Shown here in pieces: positions 10,528 through 20,763 of a stretch of 64,000 bases of DNA (its first letter is position 1; the number at the start of each line of letters is the position of its first letter). The stretch spans positions 1,281-65,280 of the forward strand of contig JASHOW010000025.1 in NCBI GenBank assembly GCA_030038445.1. Reading direction: 5' to 3'. The stretch is from Nitrosopumilaceae archaeon. GTDB lineage: Archaea > Thermoproteota > Nitrososphaeria > Nitrososphaerales > Nitrosopumilaceae. The notes under the pieces are model-generated. The model saw only the letters and a list, made by a program, of their open reading frames with translations. It made no database searches and was not told the DNA's origin. Both the position numbers and the translations under genes were made by a program.

Positions 10528-11660
10528 ATCCGTTCAAAATCATAAGAGCTAAGACTTTTTCCTTCAATTACTTTGGAACACATATTTTCAAATATTTCAA
10601 GTGCTTTTGGGGAATTAAGATCATCATCTAATGCAACAAGGAACTCGTCAAGTAATTTAGAAAGACTTGGATCTGTTTTATTAGATGTCATTGTATTTGT
10701 AAGATAGATTTTGTTCAGAAATGGCTTTTTTTCTGCAATTTGGCTTTCGGTAAAATTCACATCATCGCGATAATGTCTAGAGAACAAGTAAAGACGCAAT
10801 AGATTCTGGCCGTATTTTTGTACCAGATCTCTCGACCACACAACGTTTCCTATTGATTTGGACATCTTTTCGTCATTTGATAGAACTAGTCCCACATGCA
10901 TCCATATCTTAATTGGGTTCTCACATGTTGAAAGCATATTATACTGCGCAAGGTGTGCTTCATGATGCGGATACAAAAGCTCTCTTGCTCCTCCATGTAT
11001 GTCATAATTGATGCCAAAGTTCTCCAATGCAACCGTAGTATCCTGAATATGCCACCATGGGATCCCTTTTCCAAACTTGCTTGGCCACGAGAACTCAAAA
11101 TCTTCTGAACAGTTCCACAACATTATGTCTTCAGGATTCTTCTTGTTAGGTCCCATATCCAGCCTATGAAGTTGGAGTTGGTCTTTTGATTGTTTTGACA
11201 GCATGCCGTATGTTTTGATGTTAGATGTGTCAAGGTATACGTTTCCATTTGCGTAATATGCAACTTTTTGATCAAGCAAGTTGGAAATATGATTCTCTAT
11301 ATGGCAAACATAATCAGAGGCATAGGCAAGCCTGTTAATACTTTTTATATTAAGTAAGAGTAGGTCCTCAGCAAATTTGTTTGCATAAAACCTAGCAATG
11401 AAGGCATAATCTTTGGATTCTGTCCTTGCCTTGTTGAATACGTTCTGATTTATGTCTGTCATGTTTACCAACACATCAGTGGCATATCCTCTTTCATTCA
11501 GATGCCTGCATAGAAGATCATATGTCAGAAAGATCCTTGCGTGGCCAAGATGTGTGTAATCATACAAGGTAGGGCCACAAATGAATACCCTTACAAGATT
11601 TTTCTTGAATGGTTCAAAATTATCTTTATCAGACGAGAAAGAATTGAAGAGTTTGATCAT
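10500..11660 (-). CDS. Cysteinyl-tRNA synthetase-like (class I) paralog, short and with divergent active site
   Basis: CGPTLYD.THLGHAR and KMSKS are present; WHIQD replaces WHIEC, HHEAH replaces HHENE; only 386 aa. Confidence 0.8.
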   Translation of the reverse strand: MIKLFNSFSSDKDNFEPFKKNLVRVFICGPTLYDYTHLGHARIFLTYDLLCRHLNERGYATDVLVNMTDINQNVFNKARTESKDYAFIARFYANKFAEDLLLLNIKSINRLAYASDYVCHIENHISNLLDQKVAYYANGNVYLDTSNIKTYGMLSKQSKDQLQLHRLDMGPNKKNPEDIMLWNCSEDFEFSWPSKFGKGIPWWHIQDTTVALENFGINYDIHGGARELLYPHHEAHLAQYNMLSTCENPIKIWMHVGLVLSNDEKMSKSIGNVVWSRDLVQKYGQNLLRLYLFSRHYRDDVNFTESQIAEKKPFLNKIYLTNTMTSNKTDPSLSKLLDEFLVALDDDLNSPKALEIFENMCSKVIEGKSLSSYDFERICQVLGIEI

Positions 11661-11859
11661 GATTTACTTTGTAGCCCATGGTTTAAAAGATTGTAATTAT
11701 CAGTACGGCAGACTTCATTTCATATACAGTACGGCATGACAATTAGAAGAACCTGAGGTATATATCATATCTGTAAAATTCAGTTAAAATTAGATTATTA
11801 GATCTTGTCTTTAGATTCTGTTGTATTGCAGTGTATACTGACCAAGATTTATGTAAAAT

Positions 11860-12342
11860 ATGGGTTTTAAAAATATGATCAAAATTGAGACAAAGATGCA
11901 GATTGTTGCGTCTCAAGAGAAAGTTTGGAATATCATATCAAAGATAGATGATGACCCGCGTTATTGGAAAGGAATAACTTACATTAGAAACATATCAAAA
12001 AATCGAAATGTCATAACTCGCGAGGTATCACTAGCCAATGGTTCCAAGTGTAATCAAAGAATAACACTCTTTCCAAGAGAAGGGATTCACATACGATACA
12101 CCGGAGGCCCCATGGTAGGTATAAAAGACATTTTGCTAACTGGGATCGGCAATGTTACAATAATTGAAGTTCAGATAGACTGTAGGCTGTCAGGAGTTGT
12201 GCGCTTGATTCCAAAGAGCGTATTAGAAGAATTACAAACAGAATCTGAGTTTGCGTTACAGCTAATCAAAGAAGAGGCCGAAGGAATACCACGTGATATT
12301 TTGGTGAACAGGCAAGAAACTTTGGTGGATAGATCTAATTAA
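11860..12342 (+). CDS. SRPBCC / polyketide-cyclase-like protein
   Basis: N-terminal I.AS.EKVWNIIS.ID..P.YW pattern. Confidence 0.65.
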   Translation: MGFKNMIKIETKMQIVASQEKVWNIISKIDDDPRYWKGITYIRNISKNRNVITREVSLANGSKCNQRITLFPREGIHIRYTGGPMVGIKDILLTGIGNVTIIEVQIDCRLSGVVRLIPKSVLEELQTESEFALQLIKEEAEGIPRDILVNRQETLVDRSN

Positions 12343-13355
12343 TGACAAAAATACATAAGCTCACAGGCATTTTCAGTAAACCTCTGCGTGATGCAGGACC
12401 AACGTCAAAAATGTATAGCAGAGAGGGGATCAGGTGTCAGGTTGCGGGTTGCAAAGGAGGGCCTTTGATCACAGATGATTCAACTGGAGAGATAATCTGC
12501 GGCTTCTGTGGTTCCATATTGGTAGAAAGATTGATTGCTACAGATTTGGAGCGAACAAGGGATCCTGATGAGTTTTTGACCAAAACAAGGACTGGCCCCG
12601 GACAATCGCTGTCAATGTATGACATGGGTATAGCAACCATAATGTCAAACAAAGATGCAATGGGAAAATCCCTTTCAAGCGCTACAAAAAATACGTTTGA
12701 ACGCCTCAAGAGATTAGATAGTAGAAGCAAAACATCAACCAACAGAACACTAAGATCATCTTTGCTCCTACTTGATTTGCTTAAGACCAAACTTGCGATT
12801 CCTGATTCTACAGTAGAAAATGCAGCTTATATCTACAGAAAAGCCATGCAGAAAAAGATCACAATTGGACGAAGTGCAAAGAGCTTAATGTGCGCCTCAA
12901 TCTATGCAGCGTGTAGACAAGCTAGCATTCCAAGATCTATTCATGATATATCACAAGTAACCGGTATTGGTAGAAAAGAAATTAGCCGTGATTATAGGAA
13001 ATTGACTGAAGAACTCAGACTGGACCTAGACCATTGCAATGCGACTGAATTCGTGGCAAAAATTGCAACTGAAGTAAACATAAGCGAGCATATAAGAAGA
13101 GAATCTTTAATGATGCTTCAAAAACTATCAGACAAAGGATTGACCGATGGCAAGAATCCCATGGTTATGGCTGCATCCACATTATACCTGTGCTGCGTAC
13201 GAAATGGCGAATACAAGACACAAACCGAGATTGCAAGGGCAGCTGGAGTAACTGCTGTTTCTGTAAGAGCACGTTATCAAGCTTTGAAAAAAAATCTTGG
13301 GTTTGTCATGGATAATTTACCACACAGAATTGACAACAAAACAATGTTAAACTAG
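12342..13355 (+). CDS. tfb: Transcription initiation factor IIB paralog
   Basis: Zn ribbon (C..GEIICGFCG), cyclin repeats, GKNP, TQ.EIA.AAGVT.VSVR.RY. Confidence 0.92.
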   Translation: MTKIHKLTGIFSKPLRDAGPTSKMYSREGIRCQVAGCKGGPLITDDSTGEIICGFCGSILVERLIATDLERTRDPDEFLTKTRTGPGQSLSMYDMGIATIMSNKDAMGKSLSSATKNTFERLKRLDSRSKTSTNRTLRSSLLLLDLLKTKLAIPDSTVENAAYIYRKAMQKKITIGRSAKSLMCASIYAACRQASIPRSIHDISQVTGIGRKEISRDYRKLTEELRLDLDHCNATEFVAKIATEVNISEHIRRESLMMLQKLSDKGLTDGKNPMVMAASTLYLCCVRNGEYKTQTEIARAAGVTAVSVRARYQALKKNLGFVMDNLPHRIDNKTMLN

Positions 13356-13408
13356 GCGCGTATAACAAAGATGTAGATACTACCATGCATGATCATAATA
13401 ACAGTGAT

Positions 13409-13939
13409 TTATTCAGAAAATTCAAATGAGATTGTATTCTTGTCAGCTTTGATCAGTATTTTTTTATCAAAGACCTCTTGAAACATGAAATCCAGAATTG
13501 TCTTATGATATAACGACCAATTCTTTCCTATATCATGTTTCATGATATATGTATGAGATCCATTCTGCTGCGTATGGCTTACCTGTACAGACGAATTTAT
13601 CATTCTCATTTCAAACCATGACAAAAATGTCTCCAAGTCAAGCTTGCTTTTCATAAATAATGCAATGTCCTTTACTTCATTCTTACCAATTCTAGAAGCA
13701 ACGTCAATTATTTCTTCTTGCTTCATTTTACCAAAAATATGAATAAAAACTCGCTTGTTAATCATTACAAAACCAGATATTGGTTGGTACATATCCCATT
13801 CAAGGAATCGTCGCAATGCTTGGTTCACAAGTGTATTAGTGCTCACTTGTCTATGATTAGATTCTGCACGCAGTTTCTTTAGTATGTCATCGTCTAACCT
13901 AAATGTAATAGTAGACGTTTTCTTTGAAGTTTGGCTCAT
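13409..13939 (-). CDS. Ribbon-helix-helix DNA-binding protein (thaumarchaeal family)
   Basis: N-terminal TITFRLD...S.NTLVNQ.L RHH pattern. Confidence 0.65.
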   Translation of the reverse strand: MSQTSKKTSTITFRLDDDILKKLRAESNHRQVSTNTLVNQALRRFLEWDMYQPISGFVMINKRVFIHIFGKMKQEEIIDVASRIGKNEVKDIALFMKSKLDLETFLSWFEMRMINSSVQVSHTQQNGSHTYIMKHDIGKNWSLYHKTILDFMFQEVFDKKILIKADKNTISFEFSE

Positions 13940-14047
13940 GCCCCTAATTTATGATGGTACGTCTTTTAAGACTTGCAGACCAGAGTTACCTAATAAGAGA
14001 TAAGAGATTGAGGTATCTGGTTTAAAAGTATGTGTCAATTATGATAC

Positions 14048-14764
14048 TTGATGACCAATGAGATAATCGTCCGCGAGATCAAGCCAATCAATATAGAGGG
14101 AGGATACCTCATAGATGGATTTCCTTATGCAGGTTTGGCAAACGCAATAGCTACGGAATCTCTAATAAACACGACATCTCAGTTCGAGTTATCCGGCATA
14201 CTTGACTCAGATCTCTTTCCGCCAATTAGTATCATAAGGGACGAGGTTCCAAATTTTCCTGCTAGAATATTTGTCAATGAGGACCTCAAGGTAGCAATAT
14301 TTTCGTCGTATCTTACACCACATGAATCACTTCATAGAGAAGTTGCAAAAACCATGTTAAAGTGGGCAAATGACCACAAATGCTCCCTCATAGTAAGCAG
14401 TTCTGCAGTCAAGACTGAAGAAAAACCATTTGTGATAGGAGTTTCCAGTACCGAAGATGCAAAAAAGAGACTTGTTGACGCAGGCATACCCATACTCAGA
14501 AATGGAACCGTTCCTGGCATTCCCGGAATTTTGTTAAATGAAGGCGCTGTTACAAAGACCAATGTCATAGTACTCTTGTACAAAGGTCAAGAGACTGGGC
14601 CCGATTTTAGAGCAGGTGCAGAGATTTGCATGGCAATGTCCAAGATAGTTCCAGGCGCTTCATGTGATCTTCGAACCCTGATGAGTGAAGCAGAAAACAT
14701 AGAACAGAATCTAAAGCAGGCAGAACAAGAAGCTGGGCCACTACGAGATGCAATTTACGGATGA
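14048..14764 (+). CDS. PAC2-family proteasome assembly chaperone
   Basis: LIDGFP.AGL...IA, GIPG.LL, GPD.RA. Confidence 0.8.
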   Translation: MMTNEIIVREIKPINIEGGYLIDGFPYAGLANAIATESLINTTSQFELSGILDSDLFPPISIIRDEVPNFPARIFVNEDLKVAIFSSYLTPHESLHREVAKTMLKWANDHKCSLIVSSSAVKTEEKPFVIGVSSTEDAKKRLVDAGIPILRNGTVPGIPGILLNEGAVTKTNVIVLLYKGQETGPDFRAGAEICMAMSKIVPGASCDLRTLMSEAENIEQNLKQAEQEAGPLRDAIYG

Positions 14765-15009
14765 ATTACCAAGAGCGAGAGATCTCAAGAAATAGCCTTG
14801 AAAAGCACCTCAATGTGCTAGACTCTGACGAAGGAATAAGAATAGAAAACAAGCGAGGTTTTATCTTCATCAACAAAACCGCCAAGAGATACTGTGTAGA
14901 CATATCAGAGAACAACCATGAGGAATTTATTTACATGGCTAGCGTCAAGGAAGTCCTAAGTTTTTTATTAGATAAGATAGAGCACTCATCAAAGATTTTT
15001 TCATATTAG
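14761..15009 (+). CDS. Hypothetical protein
   Basis: ATGA overlap with the upstream gene; plausible 82 aa ORF. Confidence 0.55.
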   Translation: MNYQEREISRNSLEKHLNVLDSDEGIRIENKRGFIFINKTAKRYCVDISENNHEEFIYMASVKEVLSFLLDKIEHSSKIFSY

Positions 15010-15024
15010 GTAGACAATACATAG

Positions 15025-15642
15025 ATGACATCGATACTAGAATTTGCGTTAACAGTTATTATAATCTCAGCTTCTGGCGTCATGTCACCAGGACCACTCT
15101 TTGCTGCAAATGTCTCATATGGTACAAGACTTGGTTGGAAGTCAGGAATCAAGATTGCTTACGGACACACGGTAGTTGAACTTCCACTTGTCATACTTCT
15201 TGGTATTGGAGCAATCTCGCTTGTGACATTTCCGCAATTCAGAGAATACATATCCATTCTTGGTGCAATCAGCCTCTTTGCTTTTGCCGGACTCCAGATA
15301 AAAAATGTTTTACAAAGATCATCCACAGATCAGTTGCCAAAACATGGGCCATTTTTTATAGGTGTATTATTTAGTGCGCTTAATCCTTTTTTCTTGATTT
15401 GGTGGTTTACGGTAGGCTTCAAGTTAATTGCTGACGCATTGATACTTTATTCATTTATTGGAATCATCATAATGTTTGGATTTCACATATGGATGGACTA
15501 TGCTTGGCTTGGAACAGTAGGATTCTTATCCAATCGCGGAAAAGCCATACTCTCAACAAAAAACTATAAAATTGTCATGATAATATTGAGTGGAGTTCTA
15601 GTTTATTTTGGAATAGATTTCTTAATTGGAGCAGTCCACTAA
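15025..15642 (+). CDS. LysE-family translocator
   Basis: SGVMSPGP, GH..VE, LNPFF..WW; hydrophobic. Confidence 0.85.
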   Translation: MTSILEFALTVIIISASGVMSPGPLFAANVSYGTRLGWKSGIKIAYGHTVVELPLVILLGIGAISLVTFPQFREYISILGAISLFAFAGLQIKNVLQRSSTDQLPKHGPFFIGVLFSALNPFFLIWWFTVGFKLIADALILYSFIGIIIMFGFHIWMDYAWLGTVGFLSNRGKAILSTKNYKIVMIILSGVLVYFGIDFLIGAVH

Positions 15643-15878
15643 CCGCAATCAAGTATTTCCAGATTCCCCTTACAGTCATTGTCAAATTGTGATATTTCAT
15701 TATTTAATTGAGCACACAGGTCTGGATCTTTTGTTTGATCATATTTTTTGAGTTCTCCAACAATTTCAATCTGCTTTACTGGGCAGGTGTCTGCAATCCC
15801 AGTGCTGTATAGAACAACTATGGCAGCTGTGCCGCACATTACCAAAATGGTGACTTGTTTTAGAAATTTACTAGGCAT
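15639..15878 (-). CDS. Small membrane-anchored hypothetical protein
   Basis: One TM helix followed by a Cys-containing domain; start placed at MPSKF (uncertain). Confidence 0.5.
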   Translation of the reverse strand: MPSKFLKQVTILVMCGTAAIVVLYSTGIADTCPVKQIEIVGELKKYDQTKDPDLCAQLNNEISQFDNDCKGNLEILDCG

Positions 15879-16158
15879 TCTCAGGTCTGGAAACATCAAC
15901 TTCGATTGTTGATACATTTCTTTCTCTTCCATCCTTTGACTCCATTCTTTCAGAAAATATCCTCACGCCACTTACCACGTATCCTACAGCATTCATTCTC
16001 TTAACTATCATTTGTGAGACGTCTACTGCTGCCGTTATGCTCTTACCACGCGCCTTTATTGTCACGGTAGGTTCATTTGCAAGCAATGTCAGAGTGGCAT
16101 TGACGTATGTAAGAATCGTCTTTTTACCAATGAAGACAATATTTGGAGGTCTTGGCAC
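15871..16158 (-). CDS. alba: Alba DNA/RNA-binding protein
   Basis: VFIGKK...IKARGKSI..AVDV...RNVSTIE. Confidence 0.9.
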   Translation of the reverse strand: MPRPPNIVFIGKKTILTYVNATLTLLANEPTVTIKARGKSITAAVDVSQMIVKRMNAVGYVVSGVRIFSERMESKDGRERNVSTIEVDVSRPENA

Positions 16159-16182
16159 AGACCAACTCTTTATGTGTTTTAT

Positions 16183-16443
16183 TTAATGGTTAAGATTCTT
16201 TTTTTCTATATATTTTTCAAGAGTCTTTTCGATATCTTCTGGGCTTGATTGTTTTACTTCTTCAACAATTTCCTTTTCTTCTATTTCATAACAATTTAAG
16301 AGTTCATTTTTATCCTTAAAAAAAAGCATGACTTTTTCTTGATAAATGCAATAGTACAGCTTGTCAATCTCCATTTTTTCTGTCTGTAGTTTAATCCCTT
16401 CCTCACCTATTGAGACTGGATAATCCATGATGTTCATTGACAT
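16183..16443 (-). CDS. Hypothetical protein
   Basis: 86 aa ORF co-oriented with alba. Confidence 0.55.
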   Translation of the reverse strand: MSMNIMDYPVSIGEEGIKLQTEKMEIDKLYYCIYQEKVMLFFKDKNELLNCYEIEEKEIVEEVKQSSPEDIEKTLEKYIEKKNLNH

Positions 16444-16584
16444 AGACAGTATTTAGATGTAATTTGGAAAAAAATTACGAAAAATATAACCATATCAAGA
16501 TATAATGAAAAACGATTGATTTTTGACATTTATTGTTAAAGTGTTCTACAATAACATATTAGTAAAATGACATAGTAGAGATTT

Positions 16585-17679
16585 GTGTCCCATAGAGTTA
16601 TCTTCCATATTGATTTTGATTATTTTTATGCCCAATGCGAGGAATTGAGAAATCCTGAATTGAGAACAAGGCCTGTAGTAGTATGTGTTTTCTCAGACAG
16701 AGGAGGAGATAGTGGCGCCGTTGCAACCTCGAATTACCTAGCCAGAAAATATGGAGTGAAATCTGGAATGCCTATAAAATTTGCAAAAAGAAGACTGGAA
16801 AGTGTTCCAGAAGCCACATTCCTACCTACAGATTTTAATTATTATTCTGAGGTTTCAGAGTCTGCAATGAATTTGATTAGGAGTTATTCTGACGTTTTTG
16901 AGTATGTTGGAAGGGACGAGGCATATCTTGACGTCACAAAGCGAGCAGAAAACGATTTTACAAAGGCCCATCATTTGGCCCAACAATTAAAAAATTTAGT
17001 TCGCAGCAATACAAAGATTTCATCTACTGTAGGGGTATCGTCAAACAAGATTGTCTCAAAAATAGCTTCTGATTTTAAAAAACCAGATGGTTTGACAGTT
17101 GTAGAACCAGACAAGATAGAATCTTTTCTTGATCCATTATCGATCAAAGTCATACCAGGAATAGGTAAAAAATCTGAAGATAAATTTCATGAGATGGGTC
17201 TTCAAACCATATCTGATCTGAAAAAGATAGATGTCTTTACACTCAATGGTCTGTTTGGTCGAAAGACTGGTACGTACATTTACAATGCAGCAAGGGGAAT
17301 TGATGATGAACCGGTATCTCCTAGAGGCGACCCAATACAATACAGCAGAATAGTCACACTAAAGCAAGACACAAAAGACTTTACGTCACTATCAAAAGAT
17401 CTAGAACATCTCTGTACAGAGATACATGAAGCTGTAGTAAAAGACAACCTTGTCTTCAGGTCTGTTGGAATTCAGTTTATCCAAAAAGACCTTTCAAACA
17501 GAACAAAGTCAAAAACATTGAAAAATCCGACAGCAAACCTTGAAGAATTGAAAAAGACAGCCCTTCAGTTACTTAGGGAATCACTTGAGGACCAGAAAAT
17601 GCTTGTAAGAAGGCTTGGTGTTAAGGTATCCGATTTTGCTGAAGTATCTGGACAGGCAGACATTACAAATTTTTTCTAG
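16585..17679 (+). CDS. dinB: Y-family DNA polymerase IV
   Basis: HIDFDYFYAQ, DEAYLD, SDFKKPDG; C-terminal PIP-like QADITNFF. Confidence 0.95.
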   Translation: MSHRVIFHIDFDYFYAQCEELRNPELRTRPVVVCVFSDRGGDSGAVATSNYLARKYGVKSGMPIKFAKRRLESVPEATFLPTDFNYYSEVSESAMNLIRSYSDVFEYVGRDEAYLDVTKRAENDFTKAHHLAQQLKNLVRSNTKISSTVGVSSNKIVSKIASDFKKPDGLTVVEPDKIESFLDPLSIKVIPGIGKKSEDKFHEMGLQTISDLKKIDVFTLNGLFGRKTGTYIYNAARGIDDEPVSPRGDPIQYSRIVTLKQDTKDFTSLSKDLEHLCTEIHEAVVKDNLVFRSVGIQFIQKDLSNRTKSKTLKNPTANLEELKKTALQLLRESLEDQKMLVRRLGVKVSDFAEVSGQADITNFF

Positions 17680-18170
17680 GCCTCTAGTCCCACATGGGTT
17701 GCAAGTCTCTTATGCTCATCCTGTGATATCCACTCCACACGTAAATAATCCATTATCTCCTTAGGCTTCATGCCCAGTCTCTTTGCCTCTTCAACTGATA
17801 CGATGTATGCCTCGATCTCAGTAGGCCTGTCTACATAAGAATATGACTTGTCATATAGGTCAAGACCTTTTCTTTGTTGCTTTACATGTACAAGTTCATG
17901 TACGATATCAAGATACAAGACTATTTTTTCAGAATGTTTAAGATGATTCAGTCCAATCACAATTGTAGCATCTTCATTTTTTACGTGCATATAATGGCTA
18001 TTTGTGTCTACAACTATTTTTGTATTGAAAAAGACATCGTTCAGCTCATTGTTTGAGCTAAAGATCTTTTGTAGAATTTCGGTCTCCTTTAGGCCACCAA
18101 AAATATCTTCTATGTCATAAGTACCTGGATTTATGTCTCTATTGATTTTTATCGTATTCATGTTTTGCAA
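17676..18170 (-). CDS. HExxH-motif hypothetical protein (putative metallopeptidase)
   Basis: VHELVHVKQ...E.EAY. Confidence 0.6.
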   Translation of the reverse strand: MQNMNTIKINRDINPGTYDIEDIFGGLKETEILQKIFSSNNELNDVFFNTKIVVDTNSHYMHVKNEDATIVIGLNHLKHSEKIVLYLDIVHELVHVKQQRKGLDLYDKSYSYVDRPTEIEAYIVSVEEAKRLGMKPKEIMDYLRVEWISQDEHKRLATHVGLEA

Positions 18171-19191
18171 TCTTTACTTCACTTTTTTTTAATCGCCTTG
18201 TTTCTACATATGTGACAATGAGTAGAAAGACAAAGAGCCACGGAAGGAACATTATTTCACCCGCAATACCATGAAATGACTGAAACTCATTTACGTTAGT
18301 TGATACCTTGAGCACAAATAGCGAGAGAGAGAGTATCCTTATCACATTTACCCCAATTGTTCCAATTACCCCAAGTGCAAAATAGCATGCCTTTCTGTTT
18401 CGCGGAATATTCATCTTTAACAAGAACGCCATCATGACAAGTGAGTATATTATCATGCTGTGAACCCCGGCAGATGGCCAGAATACTTGCAGTGCAAAGG
18501 GGCCATGATCTCCACTTAAAAACATGATGTTCCCATGCGCGCTGGCAATTCCCAGATGGAAGGCTGTTATCAAAAAGACATCCAGTTTTACAAGATACGG
18601 AACAACATACTGTAATGGACCAAGAGAGTCATATGGGAAGAATGCGTCAAGTGACAGGATTATTGCCGTACCAGCAGAATAGATTGGGCCTGCTGGAGAT
18701 ATTCTTATCCATCTTTTACCAAATAGTATGGTCAGAGTAATCATAAAGAATGCTGCAATTACAATGAAATCCCACATCCAGTTCCATGAATCCAAAAGCA
18801 ATACGTGAAACTGTGGTGCAATCGAGGCCAGATAGTCTCGTAGTCCATATCCTGTACCTACAAGATATGCAATGGCTGCACCTGCCACTGGAAGTGTGGC
18901 AATGGGTCTTTTCCTTGGAATTTCAAACTTAATTCCTATCAGTTCTGCGGCGATAAATGCCATGGCGAAAAGAAATCCTCCCCTGCCTTGGTTCCAGCCA
19001 AGGCTAAACGTGTCTGGAAAGGCAGCTAATGCAAACATCACTGGGGACGCAATGATCGCTATAGCGATGATCATGCTTCTATTTTGCAATGATTTAGTGC
19101 AAAGCGTGTTCAATAAAAATGCTGTAGTCAGAAATAGTCCTTGATTGATTTTTGTTTTCTTGCTTTTTGTAATCTGCTTCTTGCCAGCCAC
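18139..19191 (-). CDS. artG: Thaumarchaeosortase (exosortase/archaeosortase family); true start probably downstream
   Basis: Multi-TM protein with GWNQGRGG, VFWPSAGVHS, N.IRI, FH..GE. Confidence 0.8.
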   Translation of the reverse strand: MAGKKQITKSKKTKINQGLFLTTAFLLNTLCTKSLQNRSMIIAIAIIASPVMFALAAFPDTFSLGWNQGRGGFLFAMAFIAAELIGIKFEIPRKRPIATLPVAGAAIAYLVGTGYGLRDYLASIAPQFHVLLLDSWNWMWDFIVIAAFFMITLTILFGKRWIRISPAGPIYSAGTAIILSLDAFFPYDSLGPLQYVVPYLVKLDVFLITAFHLGIASAHGNIMFLSGDHGPFALQVFWPSAGVHSMIIYSLVMMAFLLKMNIPRNRKACYFALGVIGTIGVNVIRILSLSLFVLKVSTNVNEFQSFHGIAGEIMFLPWLFVFLLIVTYVETRRLKKSEVKIAKHEYDKNQ

Positions 19192-20288
19192 TCCTTTTTA
19201 TCTATGCTGAGGCCTTTACATGCAAGATCCAATCCCTCTTCAAAAGTATATACTAGAACTGGTTTTTGTTTTAGCGCCATTCTTACTCCCTCTCTTACCT
19301 GCCATACTCCAACTGGAACTGTGTATTCTGGCCTTATCTCCCGAAGCACCATCACACCAGCTTGGATTTTGTTTGCCAAGAGATATTCTGCCACTGCAAG
19401 CCTAGAAGCAAAATGTGCACCTGCAGTCTCTGGATAATGTGAAAGGCCATTCATTCCTTCAAAATCAGAGCCAAACCCTATGTTTCCATCTTGATCATAC
19501 CATGCTTCCTGCATCTCAAACATCCACCTGCTTGGGAATAGGATTATGGCATACAGGTTACCCAGATGTTCAAAAGTGAAAAGGCAATAGATGTCAATCT
19601 CTGTAAAAGTAATTATCTCTTCAAGTAGAGATTTTGATATCATATCATCAGTTGCAGTTATACTCCACCTAGTTGGAACAAGCTTGCGGTTTTTTCCAAA
19701 CATGCCTATGCTGAAGCATTTCTGAATTTTGCTTATCTCAATTCCTCTGTTGTAGAGCTCAAGGACGGCATCTTGCGACAGAATGTCCTTATCATAGAAC
19801 ATCTTTTGGATGCTCCTGTCTGACGATGAATTTGAAAACTTGGCAGTTTTTATCTCTCCAACAGGTCCAAATGGCGCATTTTCTGAATCTACAAACGAGT
19901 ATGCCCTAGTGTTTTTTACAAATTCTAGCTCGGAATCGGTAGAGTGCGTTGACATTGCGAGATCCTGCAAACTTTCGATGTATCTTCCCTGAGGCATGCT
20001 TACCTTGATTGGTTGTATTCCTCTTATCAGCGACAGTCTATAGTTGACAATATCTTCCAAGCTCTTTCCAATCCAAGATTCCGGCATATCCATGACCTGC
20101 GTATCCCCGTGAACCGGCGGTACCAGTGGGCCCACCAGAACCTTGGGATATCCATAAGAGCCGACAAAGACCGAAGGCGGGCTAGAGCCTTCCACATAGT
20201 TTGAGGAGAAGAGATTGGCATATTTTGAGAGATATTCGTTCCAGTTTGATTCTATTGCTTTTCTTACATCAGCAGCTTTTCTGCTCAC
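19128..20288 (-). CDS. nreA: Nre-family archaeal DNA repair protein
   Basis: GSSPPSVFVG.YGYP, LVPTRWSITA.D, PVGVWQVRE; C-terminal PIP box QKSIKDYF. Confidence 0.88.
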   Translation of the reverse strand: MSRKAADVRKAIESNWNEYLSKYANLFSSNYVEGSSPPSVFVGSYGYPKVLVGPLVPPVHGDTQVMDMPESWIGKSLEDIVNYRLSLIRGIQPIKVSMPQGRYIESLQDLAMSTHSTDSELEFVKNTRAYSFVDSENAPFGPVGEIKTAKFSNSSSDRSIQKMFYDKDILSQDAVLELYNRGIEISKIQKCFSIGMFGKNRKLVPTRWSITATDDMISKSLLEEIITFTEIDIYCLFTFEHLGNLYAIILFPSRWMFEMQEAWYDQDGNIGFGSDFEGMNGLSHYPETAGAHFASRLAVAEYLLANKIQAGVMVLREIRPEYTVPVGVWQVREGVRMALKQKPVLVYTFEEGLDLACKGLSIDKKEWLARSRLQKARKQKSIKDYF

Positions 20289-20375
20289 CGATTTTTTGGA
20301 TCCTTTGTGGCTAATAACATGTATGTTACAATCTCTTTTGAGTTATATTCAGCTATTTCTAACGAATAACAAAAA

Positions 20376-20762
20376 TTGGCAGACTCGGAAGCTTTTGGAA
20401 TAGAGAAGGGTTTTGGGAAACAAGCAGTGGATTGGATGAATGAAGAGGCCAAGAAAGCCAAGTGGAAATTTGAAGCAAGACTATACAACTATGAGGTAGC
20501 TACCAAAAATTTTGGTACGTTTGAGATGTTTTCATGGATTGGAGATCCAAAGGCTGCACGTGAGTTGATCATCAAGGCAAGCAAGAGGTTTAAGATCAAG
20601 GTGATAGAAGGAGGATACAAAACAAGGCAACTGATTGTCAAAGTTATACGTAATGAATACGGAATGGTACGAAAAGGAGACCGTGTGATCGGACAGATAG
20701 AATTTTCGTCATCACGGCTGACACAGAGCAAGTGGGCAATAACCAAAGAAGAACGAAAGTAA
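20376..20762 (+). CDS. Conserved hypothetical protein
   Basis: 128 aa ORF that fills the gap between convergent and divergent genes. Confidence 0.6.
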   Translation: MADSEAFGIEKGFGKQAVDWMNEEAKKAKWKFEARLYNYEVATKNFGTFEMFSWIGDPKAARELIIKASKRFKIKVIEGGYKTRQLIVKVIRNEYGMVRKGDRVIGQIEFSSSRLTQSKWAITKEERK

Positions 20763-20763
20763 G

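Noticed and set aside
11701-11736. Short direct repeat CAGTACGGCA (two copies) in a divergent intergenic region
   Set aside because: Only two 10-bp copies; could be an operator but there is no further support.
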